DNA of 45,964 nucleotides from Blastocystis sp. subtype 4 (lineage: Eukaryota). The notes beneath the pieces are model-generated. The model was not told the origin of the DNA. It did not search any database and saw nothing but the letters and a program-made list of their open reading frames with translations. Positions 1 to 12,873 of the stretch are shown here, in pieces (the first letter of the stretch is position 1; each line of letters opens with the position of its first letter). The stretch covers positions 1 to 45,964 of the forward strand of contig NW_014569498.1 of assembly GCF_000743755.1 (NCBI RefSeq). Reading direction: 5' to 3'. Made by a program: the position numbers and the translations under genes.

Positions 1-1
1 G

Positions 2-124
2 GCTGAGAAGAAGGCTGCTATGGAGAAGGCTCGTGTGGAGGCTGCTGAGTACAAACAGCGTCTGGAGCAGCTGAACAAGGAGAGAAAGAGTGCTCGTGTA
101 TCAAAGAGACTTTCCAAGGCGTAA
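2..124 (+). CDS. RPS6: 40S ribosomal protein S6 (eS6), 3' end only (truncated by window start)
   Basis: Frame from 2 reads AEKKAAMEKARVEAAEYKQRLEQLNKERKSARVSKRLSKA*. The EAAEY helix and basic/Ser tail match the eS6 C-terminus. TGTTTGTT follows at 157-164. Confidence 0.8.
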   Translation, partial: AEKKAAMEKARVEAAEYKQRLEQLNKERKSARVSKRLSKA

Positions 125-256
125 TTGTTGAGAATTGGAACCACAGAGGTCTTGACTGTTTGTTTCAAATCCTATGTCATCGATGTGAAACGAGGGCGGA
201 ATTCCCAACACTGAAGATGCATTTAATTCGTCATTGACACTTGAAAACAATCCGAA

Positions 257-1750
257 ATGATGAACGCAGCGTCACCAAACTTTAACTCTATCCCAGAAGG
301 AAATGGCGATAAGAAAGAACCTATCACCTGGATCCAGGGGTATTCGCAGATAGCAGGAAAGGAATTAGATTATGATATTGTATTCATGTGATTTAACACT
401 GATACAATAGGTTGTGAAGCGGATAAAGGAGATTTCGATCGAGGAAGAAGACAATGTGAATTCGGCAATTAATGATCCTCTGATGACTCCAATTACTTCA
501 TTTGAAAGAGACCTGTTTGAATTGCTTGATCCAGAAAGTGGTGAGCTTCTAAGTGTAGATACAGTTCCTTTGTTTATCGAGTTTCTCAAAAAGGATCATT
601 CGGTAGGTTTTACAAGAGTTGCTGATAGATAGTTGCTGGAGAAGATGATGTTGTTGGAAGTCATGTCCAATTTCCACAAAGCACGTTATATTCGTCGGCT
701 TTACAAAGGTGGGTTGTTGGATGTCCTTCGACCATGGTTGGCCCTTACTTCCGATGATTCACTTATTGAAGTGACTCTGGACTTTTTGCTGCATATGTGG
801 ACAACCAAAGCTTTGATCAGCAACTACAGTTTCAATATTGGGAAAGCAATTATAAAGGTGAAGAAAAATGGAAATGAATCAAATCGTGAACTTGCTGAAA
901 AGGTGCAACAACATTGGACACAAATCTTGAATACAGAAGAGCCAAAACAGGAAGAATCTCAGCCAGAGAGTTCAGTAGGTCAGATCCGTCTTCCCAGTTC
1001 AATTGCTGTCCCTCAGCAAACAGAGTACGTCTCCTCACTCCCTCCAGGTACAAATTGGAAGGTACACCTATGAGTAGATTCTGTTGCAAATAATACGCGA
1101 TCCAGACGACCATTCATTTCGGAGGAAGAGTTAGATTATCGCAAACGGTTGCGAATGTCTTCTTCTGTAGAATTGGATTATGTGACCTAATTGTAGGTTA
1201 AGCCAGAGTCCATTCCTCTTGATTCTCCTGAACGAAAGAAGATGTTGTGGAAATTGCGTACGAAGCACGTAGATAAACGCGTAGGAGTGATCATAGTGTT
1301 CTTATAGGTAGAGTAAGTTCAATGTTAAACGGCATCAATCGTAAGACAGAAGTTAATTTCTAATGTATAGGAATTACCGCTGTAATATCAAACTGACAGT
1401 TCGATTGAACTATATTGAGGATACTGCTTCCATTGAAACAAAACGGGATGATGTGCTCTCTGCAGATGGTTCTTATGTTTATTTCTTTCGATATCTCTCA
1501 AATCTAGACACTTTCTTGCAACCCTTTCTTTTTGGATTATGTTGCCTTGTATGCAGGTGGGTTCACGAGAAACATCGGTCACTACACACAAGTGGAGATT
1601 CCCAATTTAGAGTCTTTGGATCCAAGTATTCGAGTAGGTATTGACTTGGTAAATCATGGAAAGGGGAAGATTGTTCGTACTCGTGACATCCTAAAGGCTC
1701 TGAACTACTTGGATACAGGTTATTGTGGGAAAGTGATAAAGAGCTACTAA
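257..1750 (+). CDS. Multi-exon protein with a TFIIS N-terminal (TND/LW-like) domain
   Basis: ATG 257; 31-nt intron 380-410 joins in frame to ORF 414. LLDVLRPWL...IGKAIIKVKK...ELAEKVQQHW resembles the TFIIS-N/IWS1/Med26 domain. The 3' exon structure is approximate; TAA at 1748-1750. Confidence 0.6.
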
Positions 1751-1752
1751 CA

Positions 1753-1768
1753 TGTTTGGATCCAAACA
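1753..1768. terminator. Palindromic bidirectional poly(A)-type element TGTTTGGATCCAAACA
   Basis: Perfect 16-bp palindrome presenting TGTTTGGA on both strands, between convergent stops at 1750 (+) and 1774 (-). Confidence 0.6.
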
Positions 1769-1773
1769 ACTTC

Positions 1774-2441
1774 CTAAAACACAATTTCATCAACCCGCAA
1801 GGCTGTTAACTGACGCCTATATCCCTGCTTTTTGCTGTATCGATTGCGCCTATGATACTTGAATACAATGACCTTCTTATCTTTGATCTGCTGTTCTACT
1901 GTACAAAGAACCTTTGCATTCGCAATGAGTGGATGTCCAATAATCGTCTTATGCTTGCTGCCAAGGAGCAATACCTAGATAAAAACACATCAATGTAATT
2001 ACATTATTCAATACAACCTGTTTGCCAATGTCATAATCGATCTTATTCGTGAACAAGAGATCATTCTACAGATCAGTGGTCTATTCCATTCTATACCTTT
2101 CCCAATTTATACTGCGTTCCAGAAAGCTGAACAACTGCAAACCAATCGTCATCTCCAATGGTAGTCGGTTCATTGTCCTTGGTGTGTTCAAATACCAGAG
2201 CACCGGGCTACAAAATTACAAATCACCAGATACAGGTAATTACGTGAGCAAATTTGTTATGTGCAAGAGGCTGGGCGATTTCTTCTGCTGGCTCCTCTTG
2301 TACTGGCTCCTCAGTTCCATTGGCTTCTTCCGAAAACAGGCGCGTGAATATTCTCGTAGAAAGGGACGGAAGACTGTTGGACAACAATTGTCCTGACAAC
2401 CTGGTTACAGGTGTAGAAAGTCGAACCAGACTTCGAAGCAT
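1774..2441 (-). CDS. MRPL21: Mitochondrial/MRO ribosomal protein bL21m
   Basis: Presequence-like MLRSLVRLSTPVTRLS...TRLFS, then bL21 motifs FAVVQLSGTQYK and KVIVFKYHRRNRYSKKQGYRRQLTALRV; short introns. Confidence 0.9.
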
Positions 2442-2603
2442 CACACCACAAGTAATCAGAAAGAATTCGTGAGCTGCCTTAGGAGTCGATGAAACGCCCA
2501 TGATCGGTTCGCATGTCCACATCTGTTCTTCCGTAAGCTATTTTATTTGTAACATTATTTGCTATTAATGTGTGCAATTAACGAGTAAAAGATAAAGAGT
2601 AGA

Positions 2604-3492
2604 ATGGAACAAACCATAAGCCAGAGGCCGACTCTCCAAGTCTGGCACTTTGTGATGATTGTAGAATATTCCATTAGATATATGAGTATTATAGATCCTC
2701 TCTGTCATCTATTACCAACTTTCGTTTCTACGATGTCCAGAATTAGACTTAGTGTTTGTTGGCGTTATCAGCTACTGTATTTTTGTTATTCTGGGTCCAA
2801 AATTGAAGAAGGACTCGGGAGTAGCTGAAATTCCTGCCGAAGCGAATGAACCTGCCATCGCTGAGTGCAAGAAGAATGAGCGCCGACAGTACACTGTCGA
2901 TTTTCTGCGGGTGTACAAATCCCACTATCCTGTTGATGAAGATGCTCGCGACTATTCGATTGTCATTAAGGCTCCCGATTTTACTTTGCACCACTCGCCT
3001 ACACCGTACCGTTCTTCACGTAAGAGCCCGGATCCTCTCAACTTCTTCCGCAAGCATACACCAGAGCCAACAGAGTTTGTAAGTCGTTCTCCTCGTGGCC
3101 GTTTGGATGCGGACGAAGAACGTGAGTACAACCAGAGCATGCGTGAATTGACTCCTGATTACTGTCCTATGGCTGCCGAAGAACTACCTCAGGATATCAA
3201 AATGGGTAGAGTTCACTGGCTACACCAACGAAGTGGTCGTATTCATGTCCCAGAACCCATTCATGGAATCAAAGATATCTTCTTCCATATGCGAGACTGT
3301 GAGTTGGAGCCTGGAGATGAAATCAAGTTGGGAGACTCGGTGATGTTTGAACTATCTCTATTTGAGGGTCGTTTGTGTGCCGTGAAGGTGAAGAAAATGA
3401 CGGCAAATGCAATTCCTTCTCCCGATTTCTCTCGACGTGTGATGAAGCAAAGTAAACAGGAATTACCTCAAATTGAAGCTCTTTCCCTGTAG
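2604..3492 (+). CDS. Cold-shock (OB-fold) domain protein with two N-terminal hydrophobic segments
   Basis: ATG 2604; intron 2661-2694 joins in frame with ORF 2752. C-terminal GRVHWL...GRI...DIFFH...GDSVMFEL...AVKVK is CSD-like. Confidence 0.7.
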
Positions 3493-3531
3493 TTGGGATT
3501 GCATGTGTTCCCAGATTTGTTAACAAACATG

Positions 3532-4106
3532 TCATTCACCATCCTCTAGTTCCATCGATGCTCGAGCTATTTCTTCAGGTCTTCTTCGTTTTAGCAAAGG
3601 AGTCTGAGGAGGGCTATATCCAAATAACGAAGAAGAGGATGTATCCATTGCTGATGTATCTTTTTCACCTCCTGGCGTATTCAATGGCTATAAAGGAAGT
3701 TTATAAACAATTTCAAACCTTATATACCTTGGTTGTTCGAGGCGGTGACATACACTCAAGATACGTTTCAGAGAGTTCCTGAAGAAAGGAAGGAGTGTCA
3801 TCAGTCTCCATCGGATGTGTCAAACGCGTCATATTGTCATCCTCGGTAAGAACCAGCGTTCCAATTGATTCTCTCTTCAACATCACTCAGCTAATAGACC
3901 AATACATTCGTTTCTGATGTTGGAGTTGGTCTTCCACAAATATCAAAAAGGGAGAACCATACTTGTGAATGAGTATCTAGTTCTCTCATATTTGCAGATA
4001 TTACTCGAATACTCCGCTTAATGGAAGCCACAATTTCGATAGACTTTACAAAGTTGCTTTCAATCTCCTCGAGACAATGAGTAATGCTTTCATCCACTGA
4101 ACTCAT
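3532..4106 (-). CDS. ASK1: DASH/Dam1 kinetochore complex subunit Ask1-like
   Basis: N-terminus VDESITHCLEEIESNF...SQVWFSLFD matches the Ask1 helix pattern, with a later MSPPRTT motif. Two introns of about 31 nt; TGA is followed by TGTTTGTT. Confidence 0.65.
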
Positions 4107-4177
4107 TGATCGGATAGGGATCAACTTGAAACAAAATGTCAAGGAATGGGGATCCCAATTCTATTCACTTTCATCGA

Positions 4178-5305
4178 ATGAGCAATTTTGATAGTATGTT
4201 TGTATCTACAATTGCATTATTAACATAGTTGTTGCGAAATTCAATGAGTATGCCGAGAACGCAGAAACGGCCATTCCTGTGGCAGCCATTTTGGTAGCTA
4301 TTTGTGCTGATAATGACTGTAGGCAATGAATGATTATGTACAAAACAACATTCCAACTTCCGTTACGGGTTTTGTGAATGACTTATATGTTGCTAAAAGC
4401 AAGCTTCTAGAAGCCAACACGGAAGCAGAAAGAAGACGGGGAGCTATCGGAAAACTCTGTCTTCAAAGTGGATGTGATATCTATATCAAGGGAGTGACAC
4501 GAGGAATTAACCAGGAAAACTTCGAGCAATGTATTAAGGGCATTAGGGAACGTTCCGCTTCTCTTAAGGAATTGTCCCTTAACAAGCGTAAGTTCATAGC
4601 AGATTATGGAAAACAATCGATCCGAGATGGCATGGTCACTTTTCGTTCACCCAATAATAGAATAGACAATTCTCACTCATGGTGTCTCCCGTGTTGTTAA
4701 GGACATTCTCATTACCTGCAAAAGTCGAAAACGACTCACGGTACTCGTGACTGCTGGTGGCTTAGAACGTGATGGGTATTTGCTGTTCTGGTAGTAACGA
4801 ATCAGAGTTGCAGTGGCTAACGAACTCCAAGCAAATGGAATTCATACGACATTGATTCCAGATTCGAGTGTTGGATACTTTATGAGTCGTGTGAATCTCG
4901 TGATTATGGGAGCAGAGGCAGTTGCAGAGACTGGAGGTATTCTAAATAAACTGGGATCCCTCCAGATTGGCGTCTTGGCTAAGACTTTCAATGTTCCTGT
5001 GTACATTGCTACCGGTAAGGAGGATGTGAAGATAATCATCTAGAAACGTACAAATTCACTCGAATGTATCCACTAAGTCAGAAAAGCGTTCCTGTGGATA
5101 AAACCGATACAGCGATTATTGCCAAGTATAGACCTAAGGATTTAAATGAAGGAGTGGAGTATGCTGCTGCTCGTTGTGACTATCTGCCACCCGAGTATAT
5201 TACCCTGTTAATGACAGGTAGATAGTAATGCACTTTTGATAAATAGATCTTGGAATGATGGCTCCATCCGCTGTCTCAGACGAATTACTGAAGCTATATC
5301 AATGA
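4178..5305 (+). CDS. EIF2B1: Translation initiation factor eIF2B subunit alpha
   Basis: Spliced product contains AIPVAAI, ILTHGVSRVV, GAEAVAETGGILNKLGS, ETYKFTRMYPLSQ and PSAVSDELLKLY. Confidence 0.92.
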
Positions 5306-5356
5306 ATTGTTTGTGGCGCCAAAAACAAATCCACATAAATTCGTTAATCCATTCAT

Positions 5357-5995
5357 ATGAGCGACACCCAGCAAATTGACTCAGTGGCTTCACAGACCTA
5401 TGAGGTGGAAGTAACAACCAAAACAGGAGACAAGGGATCAAGTAGTCTATACAATGGAAAACGACTTCCAAAATCGGATCTACACTTTGAAGCTCTTGGT
5501 ACGCTTGATGAGTGTAATTCCTACATTGGATTGGCTCGCGAGTTTCTTACAGATGAGAGTCAGGAGGTAGATGAGTACTTGGAGAACATTCAATGTATCT
5601 TGTTTAATGTGTGCTCAGCTGTTGCAACTCCTTTGAAAACCTCTTCTAAAATGGCTATTTCGAAGACAGCATTTAGTGAGGCCTACGTTAATGATTTGGA
5701 AAAGTGGTCTTATATCCTTAATCAGCAGTTACCACAACAAGAGTCGTTTTTCCTTCCCGTATAATTCTATCTTAGTGCTTATCTGTAGTCTGGAGGGAAA
5801 GCAGCCTCCCACTTGCATGTTGCGCGTACCATTTGTCGTCGGGCAGAACGTTGTATGGTCCCACTACTGGAGGATGAAGATATCCACCCAGAGGTGTACA
5901 GATATGTGAATCGTTTGAGTGATTTTCTTTATATTGCGGCTCGTTTTGTGTCGATGAAAGAAAAGAAGCCTCTAAAACCTTGGAGAATGCTCTAA
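5357..5995 (+). CDS. MMAB: ATP:cob(I)alamin adenosyltransferase (PduO/MMAB type)
   Basis: [41 protein letters not shown]; one 30-nt intron at 5759-5788. Confidence 0.95.
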
Positions 5996-6005
5996 ATAAA
6001 CATGA

Positions 6006-6580
6006 TTAAATAGAAATTGTTTGTAACAGCTTCATTAACACACAATCTTGCATCTTCAGTGCAGCAAACATGTCCTTAATGCGAGTAATGATTACACCGA
6101 GCCGTTCAGCCTTTAGTGTATCATACTCACTTTGTTTTAAAACCAGCTGAGGTGGAACCAGATAACCCTCAATATCTCGTTTCCAACCTTCAAACGAGTC
6201 TACAAGTTATGAGTTCATAGAAATATAACCCCGGATATCACTTTCAACTGATGGGTTCTTGAAACACAAGTCGAGAATTCTACATGTCAACTCCAGGTCC
6301 ACTCCTTACTTTATACTAGCATTAATGATTCCCAAACACTTTCCAAATGCATCTCCCTCTTTGAACCCTTCATTGAACCCCAACTTTCCATTACACCACA
6401 AATATCGTACATACTTGGAACTGTTCTTCATATCCCCGATTCAGACCATCACTAAGACCGATCTATGTCTTCAGAAATAGCTTTGGATGGTACATTGTAC
6501 AATTCTCTCTCTTTTTGCCTAATTTCATTTTCTGCCACCTTCATTTCGTCCGTGGGTTCCCCTTCCAGACTTTCAGCCAT
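6006..6580 (-). CDS. Yae1/Lto1-family small protein (GX3 repeats)
   Basis: Spliced product MAESLEGE...YNIGLSDGLNRGYEEQFQVGFNEGFKEGDAFG has regularly spaced Gly typical of Yae1/Lto1; four short introns. Confidence 0.65.
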
Positions 6581-6677
6581 GAGTAGTCGGAATTATGGTG
6601 TCTTTCTTGTGCTGTGATCTATATTATGTGTTTCATTTCATAGTATAGTGCTGCAAGACGTTTCTTAGAGCTCAAAC

Positions 6678-6970
6678 ATGTCTCACACAAACAAGTCTTC
6701 GAAAAACAAGTACCGTAAGGTACTGAAGTCAGAGTACAATATACTATAAGCGTAGACGAGTGAACAATCATTCGTTCTTCAGTTTAAGGAAAGTATGGTG
6801 ATAGACGAGTCGCGCTAAACAGTCTGGTGTCTTATCCAAAGGTTGATTCCTCCATAAAGAACACGGAATACATAAGGATGCTCGTTGCTGGAGTAAGGAT
6901 GGACTCTTCACTCTTCTGTTTCTAGGCCTTGCCACAGAATGAAATGACTTCGCATAACGAATGGGAATAG
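6678..6970 (+). CDS. Possible small basic hypothetical protein (exon structure uncertain)
   Basis: ATG at 6678 (MSHTNKSSKNKYRK) and several ~31-nt GT-AG segments can be joined into ~70 aa; no recognisable motif. Confidence 0.25.
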
Positions 6971-7095
6971 TCATCTTCTGATGATACATGGATGATGAAA
7001 CTAGACCCGGTGGAAGAAGATATGGATTCATATTAAGACAATAGGCTTTTTTATTAGTATCTTGCGTTTCAAGAAATAAACACTGAACATGTTGA

Positions 7096-7759
7096 CCAAT
7101 CATATTCTTTCAACTATGATTGGCTAGAATGTATCTCAATACAGTTTTTTCTCGACTCCATTTCTGATGTGTTTAGTGTATCTTTCCTCTTTTTTCATTC
7201 ACAACCATGAATATCTACGTGTTCTCTAAATAACCCGTACAAATAGAACTGAAAGACCTGAGTATCGGTCCACCACATGTGAGTGTTTTTGCAGATCCCA
7301 GTTAACTCTATTACATGATTTGTAAAGAAATGAAGCGCTGAAACAGACTAATAGTTATCAAATACGTTATATAATCAAATCATGTATGCTCAATAGTAAT
7401 ATCAATGTCTTGATAATTATGATACTACCGTTTCATTATCATTTGCTATGATAATAACCAATGAGATTGAAAATACTAGCATTTTGATTGTTCCAATAGA
7501 GCATATTCATAGGATATATTCATCTAAAGCGACTTTCACTCATTATCTTTTGCGGCAATTCATAGGACCGATAACAGATCCAAAAAGGCATTGTGATCTA
7601 TAATCCATAAGCAATTTGATTTCTTTAAGATTCTTAGATATCACTTTAGTTCAAATATTACATGTCCTTTCTTAGCATAATGCTCGAATCGACGAAACGG
7701 CTCATGCAAATGAACTGCATGATACCACCTGATTGGTTGGTATGGTGACCATCCAATCA
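7096..7759. promoter_or_regulatory. Candidate promoter with paired inverted CCAAT boxes upstream of the large surface-protein gene
   Basis: CCAATCATA 7096-7104 / TATGATTGG 7115-7123 (perfect 9-bp inverted repeat); TGATTGGTTGGT 7730-7741 / ACCATCCAATCA 7748-7759 (11/12 inverted repeat); a further CCAAT near 7459. Confidence 0.4.
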
Positions 7760-7821
7760 CATTTATCATTACATTGAATTCCTTCCATTTCTTTTAATCA
7801 CATATTTTATTTGTGTATACG

Positions 7822-10800
7822 ATGCATCGTTTAATAACTGTAGCCATATTATGTAAGATGATTAATGAGATATGATAGATAGTATCTGTGGCATTGTCAA
7901 CTATATCCTGTCCATCGAATCAGGTATACGTAAGAATTGTCAAGCAGAATGGAGCTTCATGGGCATCAGAAGAGTCTCATAAGATCTATGCTGGTGGTAC
8001 TGCTGTCGTCACAAGCCCTACTTATGCTAATTCCGAACTGAAAGAGAATGAATACTGTATCGCTTCCACTACAAACAATCAGTACACTCTGGAACTGATC
8101 GATTCGTATGGTGATTCTTGGTATGCGGGTTCCTATGTTACAATTTACGGTCTCTATGGAAATGCCATCTTTAAGAACTACCTCACAGCTTCGCGTACGG
8201 AAACCTATGATTTATCTCTCTATTATCCCATTCAGATGAATAGTGAGTGGAAGGCAACAGCCGGAACGATTGTTGATGGCTGGACTGCTTACGGCTTCAA
8301 TGACGCCACATGGACCTCCGTCTACTTGGGAGTTACTGCAACAACATTAACAGGAACTCAGTATCTCCGAAAGACATTTACAGGAGTCGCCAACATGGCT
8401 GCCTACGAACTGGCTCTCAATTATCGCTTTGGTATCATCGCTTACATCAACGGTGTCGAAATCTATCGTGATAACATGCCTACTGGTCCTGTAACATCCT
8501 CCACTACAGCTACTGGATCGTATCCCACAATTTCTTACCATCGTATCATTCGTCCTGGTGTGGAAGTGGAAGCCACACAGTCAGTTCTCGCTATTGAGAT
8601 TCACTACCTGACTGCAAGTGGTACGGCCTATGTGGATTTTGATGCCTGGATGGCTCTTTATGCTCCCTCTGCGCTCAATACGGATTGCTACATCTATAGT
8701 GGTGATGTGTCTATCACTTCTTCAACAGGATCAACACCAACAAACCTCTTTGATTTTTCGAAGTCAACCTATTTCTATCTTAGCTCGTCCACTCTGCCTT
8801 CAACAGTGACATACTCATTTACCGATGTTAATCCTTATCTCAATGGAATTCGTGTGTTCCCTTATTCAAATCCCACTGCTGCGCCTAATAATCTCGTTCT
8901 TCAGGGATCTGAATCAGGTTCCACTTGGACGAACATCATTTCTGTAAATGGATATATCTACACTTCCAATGAATATGGTGTGCATAGAGGATACTTCAGT
9001 GCTGGCAATTACATGAACTACCGTCTCACTATTAGCGGAAGTTCGACAACCTATGTCTATGCATATGAAGTCCAGCCTCTGACTTGTCATTACAAACGAC
9101 CCACTGGTATTGAGTTTGCTGAAACCAGTTACAGTTTCTATGCTCTCTACCAGGATGTTAACATCGTACCAACAATAAGTGAGTGGACTTCATGCACCAT
9201 CTCACCAGCTTTGCCTGAGGGTGTGTCTCTTGATGCAACTACTTGTTCAATTAGCGGCAAGGCATCCTCTGCATCGGGTCTCACTCAGTACACTCTCACT
9301 GCTAATATGGATGGAACCAGTTATCATGGAACCTTCAGTCTCCAGATCACAGAATGCTCAGGAGTTGTGGTGACGCTTCTCCGAACATATAAGAGTAATG
9401 CTCTTTATGAGTACTATGACTTCACTGATAGCACAACTCAACAGGTGGTCTATTCAATCGGTTACAACTCTGGCCAGACAAACAACGTTGATGAAAGTAT
9501 TGTACTCTGTCTCACAGGAACGAAATACACTGTAACCACTCACTGTAATCTCAACTACTGGTATCCCAACTCGTATCTTTATGTCAATGCTATGCTTGCT
9601 GGAGATGAGTACGAGACAGTACGTGCAATCCGTTTCGATACTTATCTTGGTCTTCCCACCATTTTCAATCTCAATCTCGATTTCTCCGTCAAGTCTTATT
9701 CGACTTGGTACTACAAAATGGGAACCATTCCTGATTCGTGGACTGGTTCTGACACCTCCGGTTGGGATTCCGGCTCCCGAATCTCCTTCCCTGCTTCTAC
9801 GAACCAGATCCAGCTTTACAAGAAGACCTTCAACGTGGCTTCATTGAACAATATCGCTGGATTCGTGATTTCTCTCCGATACAAGTATGGTTGTGTCATT
9901 TACTTGAATGGTAACGAAGTATTCAGAAATGGTGTTGAAGGAACACTTTCAGCATCGTCCACAGCAACAACCATGTACACTGATGTCTTGTATCATCAGA
10001 TCTCCCTCCCTGTGAAGACAATAGCAACTGATAGTAATCCCTCTATCAATTATTTGAATCAAGGGTCGAATACTATTGCTATTGCATTAGTAGCTATTTC
10101 ATCTACTCAGACAACATCAGATTTCGATTGTGCAGTTCGTATGATGGGTGAATCCTCTGTATCTCGTGTGTTTGATTATACAACAGGGTACAGTTATATA
10201 AGTGGTTATCCTTCATCTATCTTCTACTCCTATTATTCCTATTCCATTTATTACTCTTCCTGCACTACAAACTATCTCACCATTACCTTCAACAATGACC
10301 GTCGTGAGTGGATTTCTTCTGTGGTTCTTCAACTGTACTATACACAGACCACTCAGTATCCCCGTCGATTCAATCTCTATGGTCGTAACAGCAACAGTGA
10401 CGCCTGGGTTTCTTTGAAGACAGTCACAGGTATGACATGGTCGATGCCAGGTCAGGAAAAGAAGATCTACATTGAAAACAATGTTCCTTACAATCAGTAT
10501 CGATTTGAGAACTTTGGCACAGCTGTCACTAGTGGAACATCTGATGAATGTTACTGGAAGATTGGTCGATTAGATATGTTCTCCGATGATATGGGTATAA
10601 CAGTTCCCGATCTTTCGTATGAGAACTCAATTACTACCTACAAGAATATTGAGATGGCCGAAGTGTACCCCACTTCTTCCTACTATACTGACTTCCAAAT
10701 CACGCCTGCTCTTCCTACAGGAATCACAATCGATTCCCAGACAGGTATGATTTCTGGTACTGCTACAGCCGTTACAACAACACCACAAACATACTCAGTC

Positions 10801-12840
10801 ACTGCAAGAAAGATCACTGGAGGAAGTACTTCAACTACCTTCTCTCTGAGTGTTGGAGTTTGTACGGGAGATCGATCTCTGATTACTCTTGTGGCTCGTA
10901 CCGATTCAAACAATCGTCAATCCTCCTACAAGCTCTATCAAGGTACATCGGCCACTGGAACTGTGATTTCCTCGAATGAGTACTTCCGTGCTGCTTCCAG
11001 TCTCAATTATGCTGATTTCTGTGTTCCTCATAATATCTACACATTGCAACTCTTGGATTCTGCCGGTAATGGTTGGACAAATCCAGCTGGCTACTATCTG
11101 ACTGTGGATCTTGGTGAGATGCGTTTCGAGATGGGTCAACTCGGCGCTTCCGTTTCCTCTGTAACTACACTGTTTTCATCGTACCTTCCTTTCCAGATTG
11201 AATATGATGATTGGAAGCTTTATAATGATGTTGCAACTGTTAGTGAAGATTGGAATAAGATCAGTTTTGATGATTCGACTTGGAAGACGGTGAAAGCAAC
11301 GGATATCGGTGCTTCTGAATCAGTTACTGTGTATCTGCGTCGTGCTGTGACCATTCCAGATATCTCCTACTATCAAGTGTTGAATGTGCGTATGAAGTAC
11401 AATGGAGGAGTTGTTGCCTACTTCAACTCTCGATTAGTCGCTCGTTTCAATCTGGAAGAGAACTTCGATTCCAGCAGTACTTCTCTTGAAGTCCATGATT
11501 CAACTGCTTTCTCACGGTTCCATGTGATTCTGGCTACAGCTGGAGGAGTCACTGGTAACAATGTGATGGCATTCGAGCTGCATCGTCCGGTGGGTATGTC
11601 TTCATCAACTACTTTCACTTTCGATGCAACTGGAGTTTTCGGAGTCAATGATTGCTCTCCTGTTCTCGATACATTCTCTTCTCTCGAAGGAACCAGTCCT
11701 TCTCTGGTGTCAAGTCTGGACAGTCTCTTTGATTTGTCGCCTGTTACATATGGTTATCAGGCCAACAGTGTTGGTACATATCTCGCCTGGACAGTGGAGA
11801 ATCTCGAAGGATCGAAATTCAATTCGTTTGCCATGCAAACAGTGTATGTTCGTTCCTCCTATGGCTTCTCTGTATATGGTCGTATGAAGACAGAAGATGA
11901 CTATACCTCAATGCTGGCTCTTACAGGTCAGAGTACACTTGCTCTAGATCGCAAGGCTTGGGATATTCCTGTTGGTATTGCTAGTTTCAAGGAGTTCCGA
12001 TTTGAGGTGGATGTGATTGCCAGTTCTATAGTCTACGTATCATCCTACATTACTCAATACTGTAAGGCAACTGGTGATATCTGTGAGGGAGTGGATGATT
12101 TCCCACCTGTTGCTAATGGACAAATCTCTCCTGGTGTATGCAGTGAAGGATATCGTGGATACACCTACAGAGAATGTAATGGTGGAACCTTCTCTCCTAT
12201 CAAGACTGATAAGTGTGTGTACAAAGAACCTGCAAAGCTTTCATATGCTTCCCAACGTTATATGTTTATCCGTGATGTGAATTCTGCCACCGATGTTCCA
12301 ACATATCTGAACATTATTGAAGAATTCTACCTCTCTGAAGGTACCTTCCTTCCTGCCGGACTCGTTCTGAACACGAAGACTGGTCAGATCACTGGTACCC
12401 CAACAGATGTAGCAGATTTGGCTGCTTACACAATCTATGGAAAGAATCCTTCAGGTGTGACATACACTGCTGTCAACATTCAAGTCCGTATTGGTGAGTG
12501 CCAAGCTGAAGGAGTGTTCCCTAAAACAGAAGTCGGTAAGGTTGCTGAGTATGATTGTGCTTTGCAGGGAAGTTATGTGGGTACGCAGAAACGTGCATGT
12601 GTATTGGGTAAAGAAAATGGAGAATGGCAGAAGGCTACTGGTGTCTGCATGCCAATCATTGGTATCGTATTAATAGTCATTGTCGTGATTATTATCATCA
12701 TATTTGTCATCATCTTCATAAGTCGCGCATCTGGCTCAAAGGCTGTTGGAGGTGTTAAAGGCAAGAGCAAGAAGGCCAGTAGTAAATCTAGTCTTAAGAA
12801 GACTGGAAGTAAGAGTGGTACCAAGGCTGTGAAGGTTTGA
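7822..12840 (+). CDS. Large type I membrane surface protein (~1,660 aa) with three ~500-aa modules (galactose-binding-like jelly roll, F5/8C-like and He_PIG/Ig-like domains), Cys-rich juxtamembrane region, TM helix and Lys-rich tail
   Basis: Signal peptide MHRLITVAILLSVALS across a 30-nt intron 7853-7882. Three copies each of YLRK/R..F...G...YxNG/S and P(A)LPxGxxLDxxTGxISG. TM IIGIVLIVIVVIIIIIFVIIFI. Confidence 0.85.
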
Positions 12841-12873
12841 TCATTCTGTCTGTGTTTGTTAAACAAAGAGTGT

